64,000 nucleotides of DNA, taken from the NCBI GenBank assembly GCA_030770535.1, contig JASVEC010000001.1, forward strand, positions 372,001 through 436,000, read 5' to 3'. The stretch's first letter is position 1, and each line of letters begins with the position of its first letter. Made by a program: the position numbers and the translations under genes. Positions 1-11,799 of the stretch are shown here, piece after piece. Source of the stretch: Batkoa obscura. Lineage: Eukaryota. The notes under the pieces were generated by a model that ran no database searches, was not told the origin of the DNA, and saw only the letters and a program-made list of their open reading frames with translations.

Positions 1-1067
1 GTAATTAAAAATAAATTCCATCTAAGTGTAAAATCGAGTCGATTTATATACCCTTATTGAATCACAACTTAATTAATAAAATATATATATATGAATTAAG
101 TTATGATCATGTTTTAAATGCTTATCGACTCAAATGGAATATTAACTTTTTAAAATATATATCTCGGTACTTTCTAATTTAGGATCGAATAATATCATCA
201 ATAAAATATTCATATGGAGTGGCTTGAAGTTAATATAAAACTACCAATCAATTGATAGGAAACAAAACTAGATTAATTCAAACAATCAATGTTCTGTTCC
301 ACTGGATTCTTAATTTCTATTTCTATTTCTACTTTATAAATTTACTAGCTTGGCTTAAATTTTTGATTTTTGATTGATGAATAAGTTATTTAGAAAGTAG
401 TAGATTGTTTAGTACTTAAAATAAAATTAGAAGTTGGAATTTAAGGCATAAGGTAGTCAGGTAGTATATTAAATTTCGTAAATCATATGAGATGAATAGC
501 TTAATCATCATGTTTTAAAGACATTACGAGTTCAAAAGTCTTCTTAAAATACACTGAAATACAACGGTTCTTTACTTTATTATTGTATTATTAAATTTTT
601 TAATTTTATAAAAAAAATCTGAACCTTTGGTCTAGAACTTTACTATTGACGGGGAATGGATCCCTTATAAGGACATATTTTTGATTTTGTGGCATGTATT
701 TCTTATACAAAGTTAATATACTATTGAAGATAATAGCTAATCCATTAAGGTAATGCTTTAAAGCATTTATTTGATAATAACTTGTCTTTAACTCTGGTGA
801 TATTATCTTTGTATCAAGTAATATATGGTATATAGGTTGAGGTCGTAAATCTGATTTTGTTGATTTTATATAGTAGCTAAGGATATGCTCAATTGGTTTA
901 TGTAATATATGTATCATTTTATTATTAACTAATAATTTGTCCTAATTTCAAGTTGAAAAAGGGAAAAATAGTTGAAACAAAAAAACATATCCAAATAATG
1001 GCTTTATCTGGCCTATAAAAGTCACAACTGATTTATTAACCTAAAGAGCCATAAAGTACTATCTAAT

Positions 1068-1159
1068 GGGGATGTTTTTTTTGGTTTCATTACTTTTTCC
1101 ATTTTTTAAGCGCTATTTAAGTAGAAGTTGTTAGTAAAATTCTTAAAAAATATATCCCC
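1068..1159 (+). mobile_element. ~100-bp MITE family A, copy 1
   Basis: GGGGATGTTTTT...AAAAATATATCCCC terminal inverted repeats; core ggtttcattactttttccattttttaagcgctattt shared with 12 other copies; flanked by TAAT/TAAT direct repeat. Confidence 0.85.
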
Positions 1160-1917
1160 TAATTGTATTTATTGAGGATATAATCTATATGTACCTTTTA
1201 GCCATTTCTATTTAGGAAAAATAAGATGCTCTATTATAAGGCTATTTAGCTCGTTACTTATAATAGAGCTATTATGCTAAAACTCAGGGGATAGTAAAAA
1301 AACTATTCAAAGAGTAGTATTTATTACCATCAAATGAAAGTAGCCATTTTTGATGGCTATAAATACCGTAAATGAAAACAATAAGATCATAGATAACTAT
1401 GGTATAATAAATTGAACAGTGAAAATAGTGCTTAAAATGAAAAAATATAAAATGGTTCACTAATAATTAGATAATCATAAGTTCGTACATTTAAAATTTA
1501 TTACGGTGCAATAAAAAAGGACTAATTGATTGTGTTCAAAGAAAGGATTATTTTAACTATATTTGTAAGATTAATGTATAAATATAGAATTTAATCATAT
1601 TTATTAGAAATTAATATAAAGATAAAAAGTCTAGACCTTTTTATTGAGTCTAACTTTATTACTCCAGTTTTATTTTAAAGTCAAGAAAAGAACACTAGAT
1701 AGTTTGAAATACAAAATTAAATAAGGGAGGTAAGTAAAATAACATTTCAATAATAATAGCTTTGGTAAATTTAAAAACATTTATAAAATTTAAGTCAGAC
1801 ACTTATTTCAAAACACGAAACGTTATTTATTTGATTCAAAATGATTACAAAAGGATAATAAAACACGAAGAGGATAAATACAAAGAAAAAGGGTAATTGT
1901 CAGATTAGGAAGATAAA

Positions 1918-2310
1918 TCAAAATTTAAATATCCTACAACTATTCATTGTTGAAGCCCAATAATGGGAGAATACTCTCTTTACACTTGGATCATCACTCT
2001 GGATTATTATTATATTGTCATCCATGGATTCTTCTTCTGAATTGGTTGTGCTAATGTCAGGACTATCTGAAGGATTTATAGCTTTATTATTTACATAGGT
2101 TAACTCATTAGAGATTAACCGCTTTCCTCTATTATCCTTAGCCCGACGATTTTGAAACCAAATTTGAATCTTACGTTGCTCTATTCCCATCCTTGAAGCT
2201 AACTCTTTTCTTGTTTTTAAGCTAGGTCGTGGGTTATTGTTATATAAGGCTTCTAGCATATTTACGTGACTATCAAGTAGTCGAAAACGAAATTGATTGG
2301 GTTCATGCAT
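1918..2310 (-). CDS. Small homeodomain transcription factor (paralogue 1)
   Basis: Intronless 130 aa ORF with homeodomain helix 3 KIQIWFQNRRAK; TATAAA-like element upstream (~2365). Confidence 0.9.
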   Translation of the reverse strand: MHEPNQFRFRLLDSHVNMLEALYNNNPRPSLKTRKELASRMGIEQRKIQIWFQNRRAKDNRGKRLISNELTYVNNKAINPSDSPDISTTNSEEESMDDNIIIIQSDDPSVKRVFSHYWASTMNSCRIFKF

Positions 2311-4661
2311 CTTTTAATTTCAATATTAAAAAAATATAAAACAGCATAGTTCTTGTTGTTGGTATTTATACTTCTTTTTGATCATTTTTTTTAATTTATT
2401 ACTTTTTATTATTGGCACCCTTGTAATTATTTTATATAATTTAATACTCATTAAATGTAGTTTTTGATTAAGTTTTTTGAAAATCTAGACAAACAACTCA
2501 AGAATTCCAAAGTAGCAAAATAAATTAGGCTAAACATATAAATATAGAATATCATCTCGCTGCAATAGTTTAACTATTTTCAACTAACTATGAAATGTAA
2601 TAATTGATATTACATTATTTTGCAATTATTTAATACATCTTCTATTACTGAATTAAGTGAAAGCATTTTATTTGTTTTATCAGTTAAACAAATTTAGCAA
2701 TGGTTAGAGGTTTAATCGTATTTTTGTTGATACTTCAAGGATCTTTTTAGCATCATTTTTAATGCTGATAAATGAAGATATTTCAAAGACATAAGAGCCA
2801 CACTTGTTATGGTGTGGGTTTAATGAGGTATTAAATGTTGTTACGTTAATAAAGTTCAAAGATCATTAAGGTAAAATTATGAAATATTTCATTAATAGAA
2901 TCTATACGTTTAAATAAATTTTATTGTAAATAAATTTATTATATAATTCGCCTTTTAGCGTATATTGCTAAATATATTTTAAATTACAAAGATTAATAAA
3001 ACTACTCATTGATTTTTTATAGTTCACCCATTGATATGAATATATATGAAATAGAATAACTATTGCTTAATTTAAATTTTTATAATAAAGATTGTTTAAT
3101 AATAATCAAAGTTAACAGCTAAAAACCTTTTATTAATATTAATTTAGCCTAATTATAAATATAGATGATTTTTAATTCCGCTTTTAAACTCGATGTATTC
3201 ACTTTGATTCTTTCTAGTCATTCAGAGCTCTTGCTCTTTATAAACGAAACTAAAGTTTTAAAATTTATGTAGCTATATGCATCACTGAGATAAGTTAACG
3301 CTGTAGTTATTTTTTTACGACTTATTTTAAAGCATAAGTAAAGAGTAAGTGTTTAAGATATTAACAATTTATTAGCATCTATTTAGGCAAAGTGTCCAGT
3401 TCAACCATTTTTTATTAAGTTTGTTATGTTATAAATTTGAGCCTTAAAATACAAAATTTTAAATCACCTTATATATCAACTTTAAACTTGATTTTGGTTG
3501 AACCATATATATAATAATAAGCTATCATATTTTTTCATTTTTAATAAACGCGATAGAATAGTAAATTTAATACTTCGTAAAAGTATAAATATGGTTCATT
3601 TCCACTTATTGGTAAGCAATAAATAAGTATTTAAATCATATTTCGGTAAAATAAACTTTGAGCGTAAATTTACATAGATGGAAGTGTAACATCTAATTTT
3701 GGGTTTTTAGTTTACAAAAAAAGTTTAACTGAATGCCTTAATCATAACCAAAACTCCGTAATCAAATTATTATAAGTAGAAATAATGTAAATTTACAATT
3801 TTAGACTAATTACCCTTATATCTACTAGCATTTAGATATGGGGCTATATTGTTTTATGAAAAATTGTTTCATTTGTAATTGTATATTGTTTAGCTAATGT
3901 ATTTGGTTATAAAACGTCAGAATTCAAGTAGATTGAATACAATGCTTGTAACTTTCAAGTAAATTAAGATAAAGTTTGCCTCCTGTTTTGTATTCTAATT
4001 ACTGTCAACCTATTGGTCTTAAAGAAAACTTTCCCCTTATTATATCTCTCATATCTGGTAAGGGTTGTCTATTTCTTTACCTTTGAAGAATTAGATTTTG
4101 GTGATATGTAGGCTTACATAAAATTTTAAGCTTATATCATTGATTTGTAATAATATTTCATTACTTGTTCTAATATTATGTGACACATGTTATATATGGG
4201 TAAATTAAAAATTTGGATAAAATTAGAAATAAAACTTCCCAGTTTGATTTGGATTAAATCTAAAAATCTGTAAGTATCATTTTTTATATGTATAAAATTA
4301 TAGAAGATTTATGAGTAAAATAATCAAATAAAAAATATTACAATATAAGTTTGTTTTGAAATTAAATTAAGCTTCAGATTTTGACTCATATTCAGCTTTA
4401 GAATTTGGAATTTCACAAAATTATAAAATAGCCTAAAAATATTAAACTATCCAAATAGTAGTTTGATATACTGGAATGGTCCTTATAAATTATCAATAAT
4501 TTATAATTCAAGTGATACTACCTATTTGTTTTATTAGCGTTATGTATAAAAGTCAATATTTAAAACTTTAACATTAGGAACTTTCTATAATTGTAAAATT
4601 GAAATAAACTTATATTAAGCGAAAGTAAACAAGAAATTTAATAAATTTTAAGGCTAAATAT

Positions 4662-4760
4662 GAGGGTATTTTTTTTGGCTTCATCACTTTTTCCATCTTT
4701 TAAGCGCTATTTGAGTGGAAAAATTGATAGTAAAACTCTTAAACACAAAAATATATCCCC
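4662..4760 (+). mobile_element. MITE family A, copy 2
   Basis: GAGGGTATTTT...AAAATATATCCCC; ATAT on both flanks. Confidence 0.85.
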
Positions 4761-5000
4761 ATATAATAAATGCGACGTTTTAGCAAGTACTTTTCATATT
4801 TGTTTATAGTATTCACTTCTATCAAATATCGGTAAATGGGTACGTGTATTGTTTTTTTGTAGTAAATTTATATGCTAAAGAAAAAGTATTGTTTGAAGGA
4901 ATTTAATACTATGAGTAAATGTTAAATTTGATTCATCCATAGTAATTTGATATTGTAAGTTTATTAAATACCAAAATTATGATTTCCATTTTAAACATAT

Positions 5001-5099
5001 GTGGGTGTTTTTTTTGGTTTCATTATTTTTTCCATTTTTTAAGCGCTATTTGAGTGGAAAGATTGTTAGTAAAATTCTTAAACAAAAAAATACATCCCC
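5001..5099 (+). mobile_element. MITE family A, copy 3
   Basis: GTGGGTGTTTT...AAAATACATCCCC; ATAT on both flanks; ~95 bp downstream of homeobox 2 stop. Confidence 0.85.
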
Positions 5100-5194
5100 A
5101 TATTTTGAATTCATATTATGTTGCATTAAAATAATTTTATTGAATGATAATAAAAAAGATAAATAAAAATTAAACAGAAAAATTAATAAAGGGG

Positions 5195-5581
5195 TTAGAA
5201 CTGAAGCATTTTGCAACTATTCATAGTTGAAGCCCAGTAATGCGATAAAATTCTCGTGGTGTTATGTTCTTTGAGGTTATTTGTTTGAGTGTCTATTGGA
5301 GACAACCCTTCTGAACTGACCGAGCTGCAATCAGGACTGCCATGATTTGTAACTTCACTATTTAAATGGTTTAAACTAGCTGTAGTTGATTGTGCTTCCC
5401 TGACCTCTTTAGCTCTACGATTTTGAAACCAGATCTGTACCTTACGTTGTTCAATACCCATTCTTAAAGCTAACTGCTTCCTTATTTTTAAACCAGGTCT
5501 GGAATTTTCATTGTATAAGGTTTCTAGTAGGTTTATATGACTTTTAAGTAACCTTGGACGAATATCTAAATTTTTTGGCAT
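5195..5581 (-). CDS. Small homeodomain transcription factor (paralogue 2)
   Basis: Intronless 128 aa ORF, RKVQIWFQNRRAK; colinear with 1918..2310 including C-terminal SHYWASTMNSC. Confidence 0.9.
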   Translation of the reverse strand: MPKNLDIRPRLLKSHINLLETLYNENSRPGLKIRKQLALRMGIEQRKVQIWFQNRRAKEVREAQSTTASLNHLNSEVTNHGSPDCSSVSSEGLSPIDTQTNNLKEHNTTRILSHYWASTMNSCKMLQF

Positions 5582-6743
5582 TATACAATAAATCCAAGTT
5601 TATATCAATGATTTTTTATTATTTATATACCCTATGTTTTGTGTTTTTACATTAAAATTCCCACTTCACCAATACAAAAAATTGTATTAATCCGAGTTGT
5701 GATTAATATTACAAACATATTCCTATAAATGCTTATATTATCAACCTCGACCATTTCTTTATTTATCTTCCAAGGATTAAAATAGAAACTATAACTATAA
5801 ATCTGACTGTGTAATAACCTGTTTTATTGATTTTAACGATAATATAATCTTAAAATCTAATCTTATTGCTAAGTAGTATTTAGCTATTATTTTATTAAAT
5901 CCTCTTCTATACTTTTTAGGGAATTTTCATTTAATTTTTATCACAAATTAGATTAAAAATAAAAAGGCTTTAAGTTGTAATAACATCGCCTTATCTTCCT
6001 TCATTACTTTCTTTCCTTTTCTGGGTTTTCACAATTTTTTTTACATTGGGCGTTAATCATATAACTTAAATAGATTAATTTTGCTTATTAATATTTAGTA
6101 CTGCTTTTATTAATAAATTTAATATTGTATCACTAAAAATAGACTTTAGGAAACAATTAATTAAGCATATGGTTACCTATCTAATGTGAAATGAAACACT
6201 TGGCGTTTTTTTTAGAGTCGAAAAATAAACAATATTAAATCAAATGTAATATTTAGACTTTATTTTTCACTATTATATGAACCTTTTATCATTATATTGT
6301 AATATTATAATGCGATAATACAATGCTATTTTTTCAACGATACTTACTAAACTAAGGAGTCCAATTTATTATTTATTAACCTTAAAATAGTTAATGCTTC
6401 AAATCACAAAGGCCAATGGGGAAGAAAGGTGGGTTATGCTTGGTAAGAATTTTTTACGTATTGAGCAATATACTCATAAGGACCTTAAACATTGTGTTTT
6501 ATCAATGTGAATGTATGCTTGTATCTACCTTTGAAGCTAAAACCATAGAAAAAAGCTGGGGATAATCATAGTACATTTATTCACTTCGGGAGATTTACAG
6601 AATATTATTTATGAGATAATTTTTAAAAATTGATGTTTGAAGTCTTACAATTTTAAATTAGTTTATATTAATATTCGGAATTAAAGTAAAGCCCTTTTTT
6701 CAAACAGCGACCATATATTTCAAAATAATGTTAAGATGGTATA

Positions 6744-7023
6744 AGGTTGTTTCTAAAGTAATCTCCCTTTTTGGGCAAATTCACTATCACAAGGATACAA
6801 AATTACTATAGTTAAACTTTTTTATATGAGAATATATTTTTTGTTTAAGAATTTTACAAATAATTTTTCCACTTAAACAGTGCTAAAAAAATGGAAAAAG
6901 TGATGAAATAAAAAAAACACCCTCATATGAATTTTTTTTAAATATAAAAAGCACTTCTTATTGTAACCAACAGTCTTTTTATTGTTTTTGCCCCAAAAAA
7001 GGAGATTGCTTTAGAAATAACCT
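6744..7023. mobile_element. Putative non-autonomous TIR element (family B) with a nested family A MITE
   Basis: ~36-bp imperfect inverted repeats: aggttgtttctaaagtaatctccctttttgggcaaa (6744-6779) and tttgccccaaaaaaggagattgctttagaaataacct (6987-7023). Confidence 0.6.
6828..6924 (-). mobile_element. MITE family A, copy 4 (reverse)
   Basis: Reverse complement of family A consensus; GAG...CTC ends; ATAT on both flanks. Confidence 0.85.
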
Positions 7024-7373
7024 GAAACCTCTCCTGGTGTAGCTGTAGCCATTCACTATAAAAATTCCTTTAAAACATAATATCTTAAATTAATTTTATT
7101 GCTTTTAAAATTTAGATCTTAATAAAAAGTTAGTTTTAATAACAAACCAAGATCGGCCATTAGAAAAAATAGAAATAAGATGTTAGAGAAAAAAAATACC
7201 AACACCAAAGTTTTGAACTAATTTACTGGATTGCCTAAATTTTTAAAAAAAAGGTGGAGATTAAAATTTAATTTAATCTGTTTTGAATTGATATTTTTTA
7301 GAACTACGCCACAATATTTTGATTTAAAATAAATTTTCATTCGTAACCTTTCTTCATAACGTTAACTTTTAAA

Positions 7374-8534
7374 ATGGATTTAAGTCATAGCTATTTTTTA
7401 AAAGATAATTATTTAGCCACCACTTTGGTGTTTACCGTGCTTTATCAATTATCCTTTTTTGCGGTTGCGTATATTAATAAATTTGATAAAGTAACTGATT
7501 TTGCTGGGGGCTCAAATTTTGTACTTTTGGCAGGGTTAACTTTCTTTTTAAATCAAGTATATTTTGTATAAAGGTATCTTAGATAGATTAATAATATTTT
7601 TTTATAAAATTTAGAATCAAACTCCAAGAAGCCAATTGGCTACTGTTGCAATTATATTATGGGGAATTAGAATTAGCGGTAATTACCTTTTCATTTAATC
7701 TTTATTATATAATATTTGGCCTTAGGTTTTTTGTTATATCGAATCTTAAAAACCGAAGAAGACAAAAGATTTGACGAGTTACGCAACGATTTTTGGAAAT
7801 TTTTAGGATTTTGGGTCTTTCAAATGGCTTGGGTTTGGACTGTCTCATTACCTGTAACTGTTGTTAATTTAGAAGCCAGTTATACTCCGGACCCTCCTTT
7901 AAATTTGACAACAGATATTTTAGGAATTTTGATGTTTTTAGCTGGTCTCATTATCGAAACTAGTAAATTAATATTTCTCATACTTTACAATCTTTACTAA
8001 CACTATTTATCTAATAGTATCAGATGTTGAAAAAGTATTAATTAACAATTCCATTCATATATAAATATATACTAATATTTATACTTTAGTTCATGCACCG
8101 TGAAAGTAAACCTAAGCCTACCCAAATATTAAATTCAGGATTGTGGAAATATTCTAGACATCCTAACTATTTTGGAGAAATTTTATTATGGTAATTTTTA
8201 AACTCATAGCCGAAATTAAAATTAAACGATATTTTGAAGGTGGGGAATTTATGTATTCAGCTTACCAATAACAAGCGAAACTGGAGTTTTAACCATTTCA
8301 AGTCCTCTTTTCATCACTTTGTTGCTACTTTTTGTCAGTGGAATACCTTTAAGCGAACCCAACATGGAAAAGAAATTTATTGATGCTGGGAAACAAAGCG
8401 AATATACAGAATATATTAATAAAACCAGTCCGCTTATTCCTCTACCAAACATGGTTTATAAATCTTTACCAAGATGGACTAAATTTGCTTTATTTGAGTT
8501 TCCCATGTATCGTTATAAACAAAAGGTCGATTAA
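7374..8534 (+). CDS. DUF1295 / steroid 5-alpha-reductase-like membrane protein (multi-exon)
   Basis: Motifs [68 protein letters not shown] joined across GT-AG introns, including a 17-nt exon at 8018-8034. Confidence 0.9.
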
Positions 8535-9255
8535 ATATGATATTGTGTATTGATATAAGCTCAAATAGTGTGTATTCTATAGTATAATACTATGCTTCCA
8601 ACTTTTCATCATTTATTTTTTAAAAGAGTATAATAAAATTGTAAATTATTACTTTGTTTTTTCATGCGAGTAGTTTACATTTCAAAATAGAAAGTGAATT
8701 TATAGTAAAAAGAGTTGTATGTGCTATAGTTTATATTGAAGTAACTTGGAAATTTTATAAAAGTGAATATAAACAAAAGCCCTAAAAATATTTATATTAC
8801 TTTAAGAAATCTCTAGTGGATTTTAAAATCTTTCAAAGCCTGGGTGTTTTAAAAATGAAAAGAAACTGAAGGAAATTAAGAGTCAAAGTGGACAAGAGCA
8901 AAAAGAGGAATTGATAAAAAAATTATGATTATTAGACATTACAGCAATACATTTATTTAAAAAACTTGAGAATTTGAAGAGTTTATATATAGAGTACTGG
9001 AAGAATATTTGAAAGTTTTAAAAGTTTTTTAGTGGATAATTTAGACTACGACGTCTTTAACAGGCCAGGTCTCTTTAGTGTGTAACCCATCCTTTGGTCT
9101 TACTAAAGCTCAAAGCTCAAAGCTCAAACCTTGAAGTTCAACTTGGGAAAGTCGAAATAAAAACTTAATAAAAGAATTACGGTTATCTAAAAGTTTTTAA
9201 ATTAAGAGTTACTTTGTTTAAACATTTGTTATTACTCTTCTGATTTGAAAAATAT

Positions 9256-9351
9256 GAGAGTGTTTTTTTTGGTTTTATTACTTTTTCCATTTTTTAAGTG
9301 CTGTTTGGGTGGAAAAATTGCTAGTAAACTTCTTAAAAAGAATACATTCTC
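9256..9351 (+). mobile_element. MITE family A, copy 5
   Basis: GAGAGTGTTTT...AATACATTCTC; ATAT on both flanks. Confidence 0.8.
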
Positions 9352-9668
9352 ATATGTATTTTGTCTAAATTACAAGAGTAATAGATGGCTTAAGTTTTAT
9401 CAATGATGTTTTAGTCTTTTCAATTAAATAAACACTACAAGACTTCTTATTTTACAAAACACATCAAAATATGAAAATTTCGGACTTACATGAAATATTC
9501 AAATCTAAAATAAAAAACTTAACTCCGACTTTTTCAAAGGTATTAATAATCAGAGTTATATTATGTAAAGAGCTAATGAATGATGTTTCTTTATTAGTAA
9601 TGGGTATGGCGATATTAATACTTAAGTAGGGCTACTAATGGAAAACATAAAAATTTATAATATATCCA

Positions 9669-10712
9669 ATGGTTAAGAATATCAAGGTAGTTTTTCAAAG
9701 TGTTCCACGTGGTCTGCCAAAGGTTGACGAAACCTTCAAAGTAGTCTATGAAGATATTGATATAGATAATATTAAAATAATTCACCAAGAGCTTTTAGTG
9801 AAAATTATGTATATCTCCATTGATCCGTATACACGTTGGCGAATGGGAGATGAAGATACACAAAATATGGTATCATCTTTTAAGATAGGGTCACCAATCC
9901 GTAGCGGGGTTATTGCACAAGTTTTAAAATCCGAAAGCGACCAGTATAAAGTAGGGGATTTTGTTATAACCATTGGAGATTGGGCAAAATATTCTATTGT
10001 AGATGTAAATGTAACGGAGCCTATCCCAAAGAAAACAAATGCACAAATACCATTATCCTATTATTTAAGCATCGTAGGTATATTAGGAGCTACTGCTTAC
10101 GTTGGTTTGCACACTGTCTGTGAGCCTATAAAAAGAGGAGAAACTATTTTTATTTCAGCAGCTTCAGGTGCGGTAGGACAAATCGTTGGACAGTACAGTA
10201 AATTATTAGGATTAAATGTGGTCGGGTCTGCAGGTAGTGATGAAAAAGTTGACTTCCTTTTAAATGAATTAAAATTTGATTCTGCTTTTAATTATAAAAA
10301 CGAAAAGAATTTTGCTTCAGCTCTTAAACAGCATTGCCCTGACGGGATTGATATTTATTTTGACAATGTAGGTGGAGAAATGTTGGATGCAGTATTGGAA
10401 GTAGCTAATAATGAATGCCGTATAAGCGTATGTGGTATGATTTCGCAATACAATAATACCAATAATAGGGATGGTTTACATAATTTTATGAACGTTTTAA
10501 GCAAAAGGATTAAAATGCAAGGGTTTGGTGTTGCTTTTAGAAGAGATCTTTGGCCAAAATCTAATGAAGTTTTTAGTAAATATTTGGAAGAAGGCAGAAT
10601 TCAATATAAAGAAGATTTATCTTTTGGTGTTGAAAGTTTACCTGGAGCGTTTATTGGTATGCTTCAAGGTAGAAACTTTGGCAAGGCTATAGTCAAAGTT
10701 GATGATACTTAA
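9669..10712 (+). CDS. NADP-dependent oxidoreductase, MDR family (PTGR/alkenal reductase-like)
   Basis: YISIDPY.R.RM, ISAASGAVGQIVGQ, GSAGSDEKV, GIDIYFDNVGG, G.NFGKAIV motifs; intronless 347 aa. Confidence 0.93.
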   Translation: MVKNIKVVFQSVPRGLPKVDETFKVVYEDIDIDNIKIIHQELLVKIMYISIDPYTRWRMGDEDTQNMVSSFKIGSPIRSGVIAQVLKSESDQYKVGDFVITIGDWAKYSIVDVNVTEPIPKKTNAQIPLSYYLSIVGILGATAYVGLHTVCEPIKRGETIFISAASGAVGQIVGQYSKLLGLNVVGSAGSDEKVDFLLNELKFDSAFNYKNEKNFASALKQHCPDGIDIYFDNVGGEMLDAVLEVANNECRISVCGMISQYNNTNNRDGLHNFMNVLSKRIKMQGFGVAFRRDLWPKSNEVFSKYLEEGRIQYKEDLSFGVESLPGAFIGMLQGRNFGKAIVKVDDT

Positions 10713-11799
10713 CTTTACTTTTGTGATAATCGTAAAATAATTAATAAAGTCTTTTCATAAAGCCTAAGCATACCCTATTAATAGTTATGAATTAATTTTT
10801 ATTATCAAATTTTCTTAAATATAAAGCTCCTGCTTGTTTAAGTTTTTAGTTCTGTATGTGCAATTTTTTTATGCATCTGCTAGAAAGTTATTAAAAGGAC
10901 TTAAATAGCACAAATTCAAAAATATATTATAGATATATTTAAAATCCAAGTCTACAAAAAAGCAAACTTATAGCTTGTTAATAAAATAGTTTATTTTTGC
11001 TTCAATACAGGATTTTGTAGAAGATACACAGTAATTACTATCAACCATGTTGTATTTATAGGCTGATTATAGTTAAAAGGTTACAAGCTGCTTTAAAGCT
11101 CATAAGGATGGGTTTGTTTAGAACATTCGGATTTGTTAAATCTAAAAGTAAAGATTTGTAAATTTACAGCAACAGTGTTATTACAATACACAATCTAATA
11201 TTGATTTAATAATTAAATTTCATTCTCAATATATATATGGACTGCTAATATCGCTGTTATATAATATAGAATGGTATTATCGCTACAGCTTTGGTGAAAT
11301 AAACATAAATACAAAATTGTACAAACCAATCAATAAATTAAAGATAAAGACGTAAAAAGGATGTACATCTTTGAAATTGTTTTATAAAGGATAGGTATTG
11401 TAAAAACTCTACTATTCCTTGATAACATATATAATATCTTATCACAATACCTTATAAAAAAGTTGATTCTCGTATATTTAATAAAACTATATAGACTTTT
11501 ACTTCACTATCAATATGTAAGATTCAATTGTACAAAGCTTGAGCCTGCTATTACTATAACAAAATTAATATTATGGTGAATTGGAAAACATTGGTTATTA
11601 AGTTATAAATAAACTAATTTCGAGTAAGCTAGCTACTAAAGAAAAAAATATATATAAACGCATCCATTTACAGACTTTAATAATTAAAAACATTCCGTTT
11701 AAATATCGTATAGTTAAACTACTATTAACTACAACAATCAATTGTCATTTAATTAATACACTCAATACTATATAACATTTTTACAATTACTGATAAAAA

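Noticed and set aside
90..660. Weakly repeated segment (atcatgttttaaa at ~106 and ~507), possibly decayed F-box-like genes
   Set aside because: Similarity too short and frames too broken to support.
606..917. 103 aa minus-strand ORF
   Set aside because: No motif; composition typical of chance ORFs in AT-rich or decayed DNA.
3970..4120. Possible third, decayed homeobox (minus strand NPY...VIRIQNRRQ) between the two paralogues
   Set aside because: Lacks WF, spacing is off and frames shift; needs TBLASTN/HMM support.
9105..9128. (AAAGCTC)3 and other tiny tandem repeats such as (ATT)n at ~39126 and Asn-codon runs
   Set aside because: Ordinary slippage repeats in an AT-rich genome.
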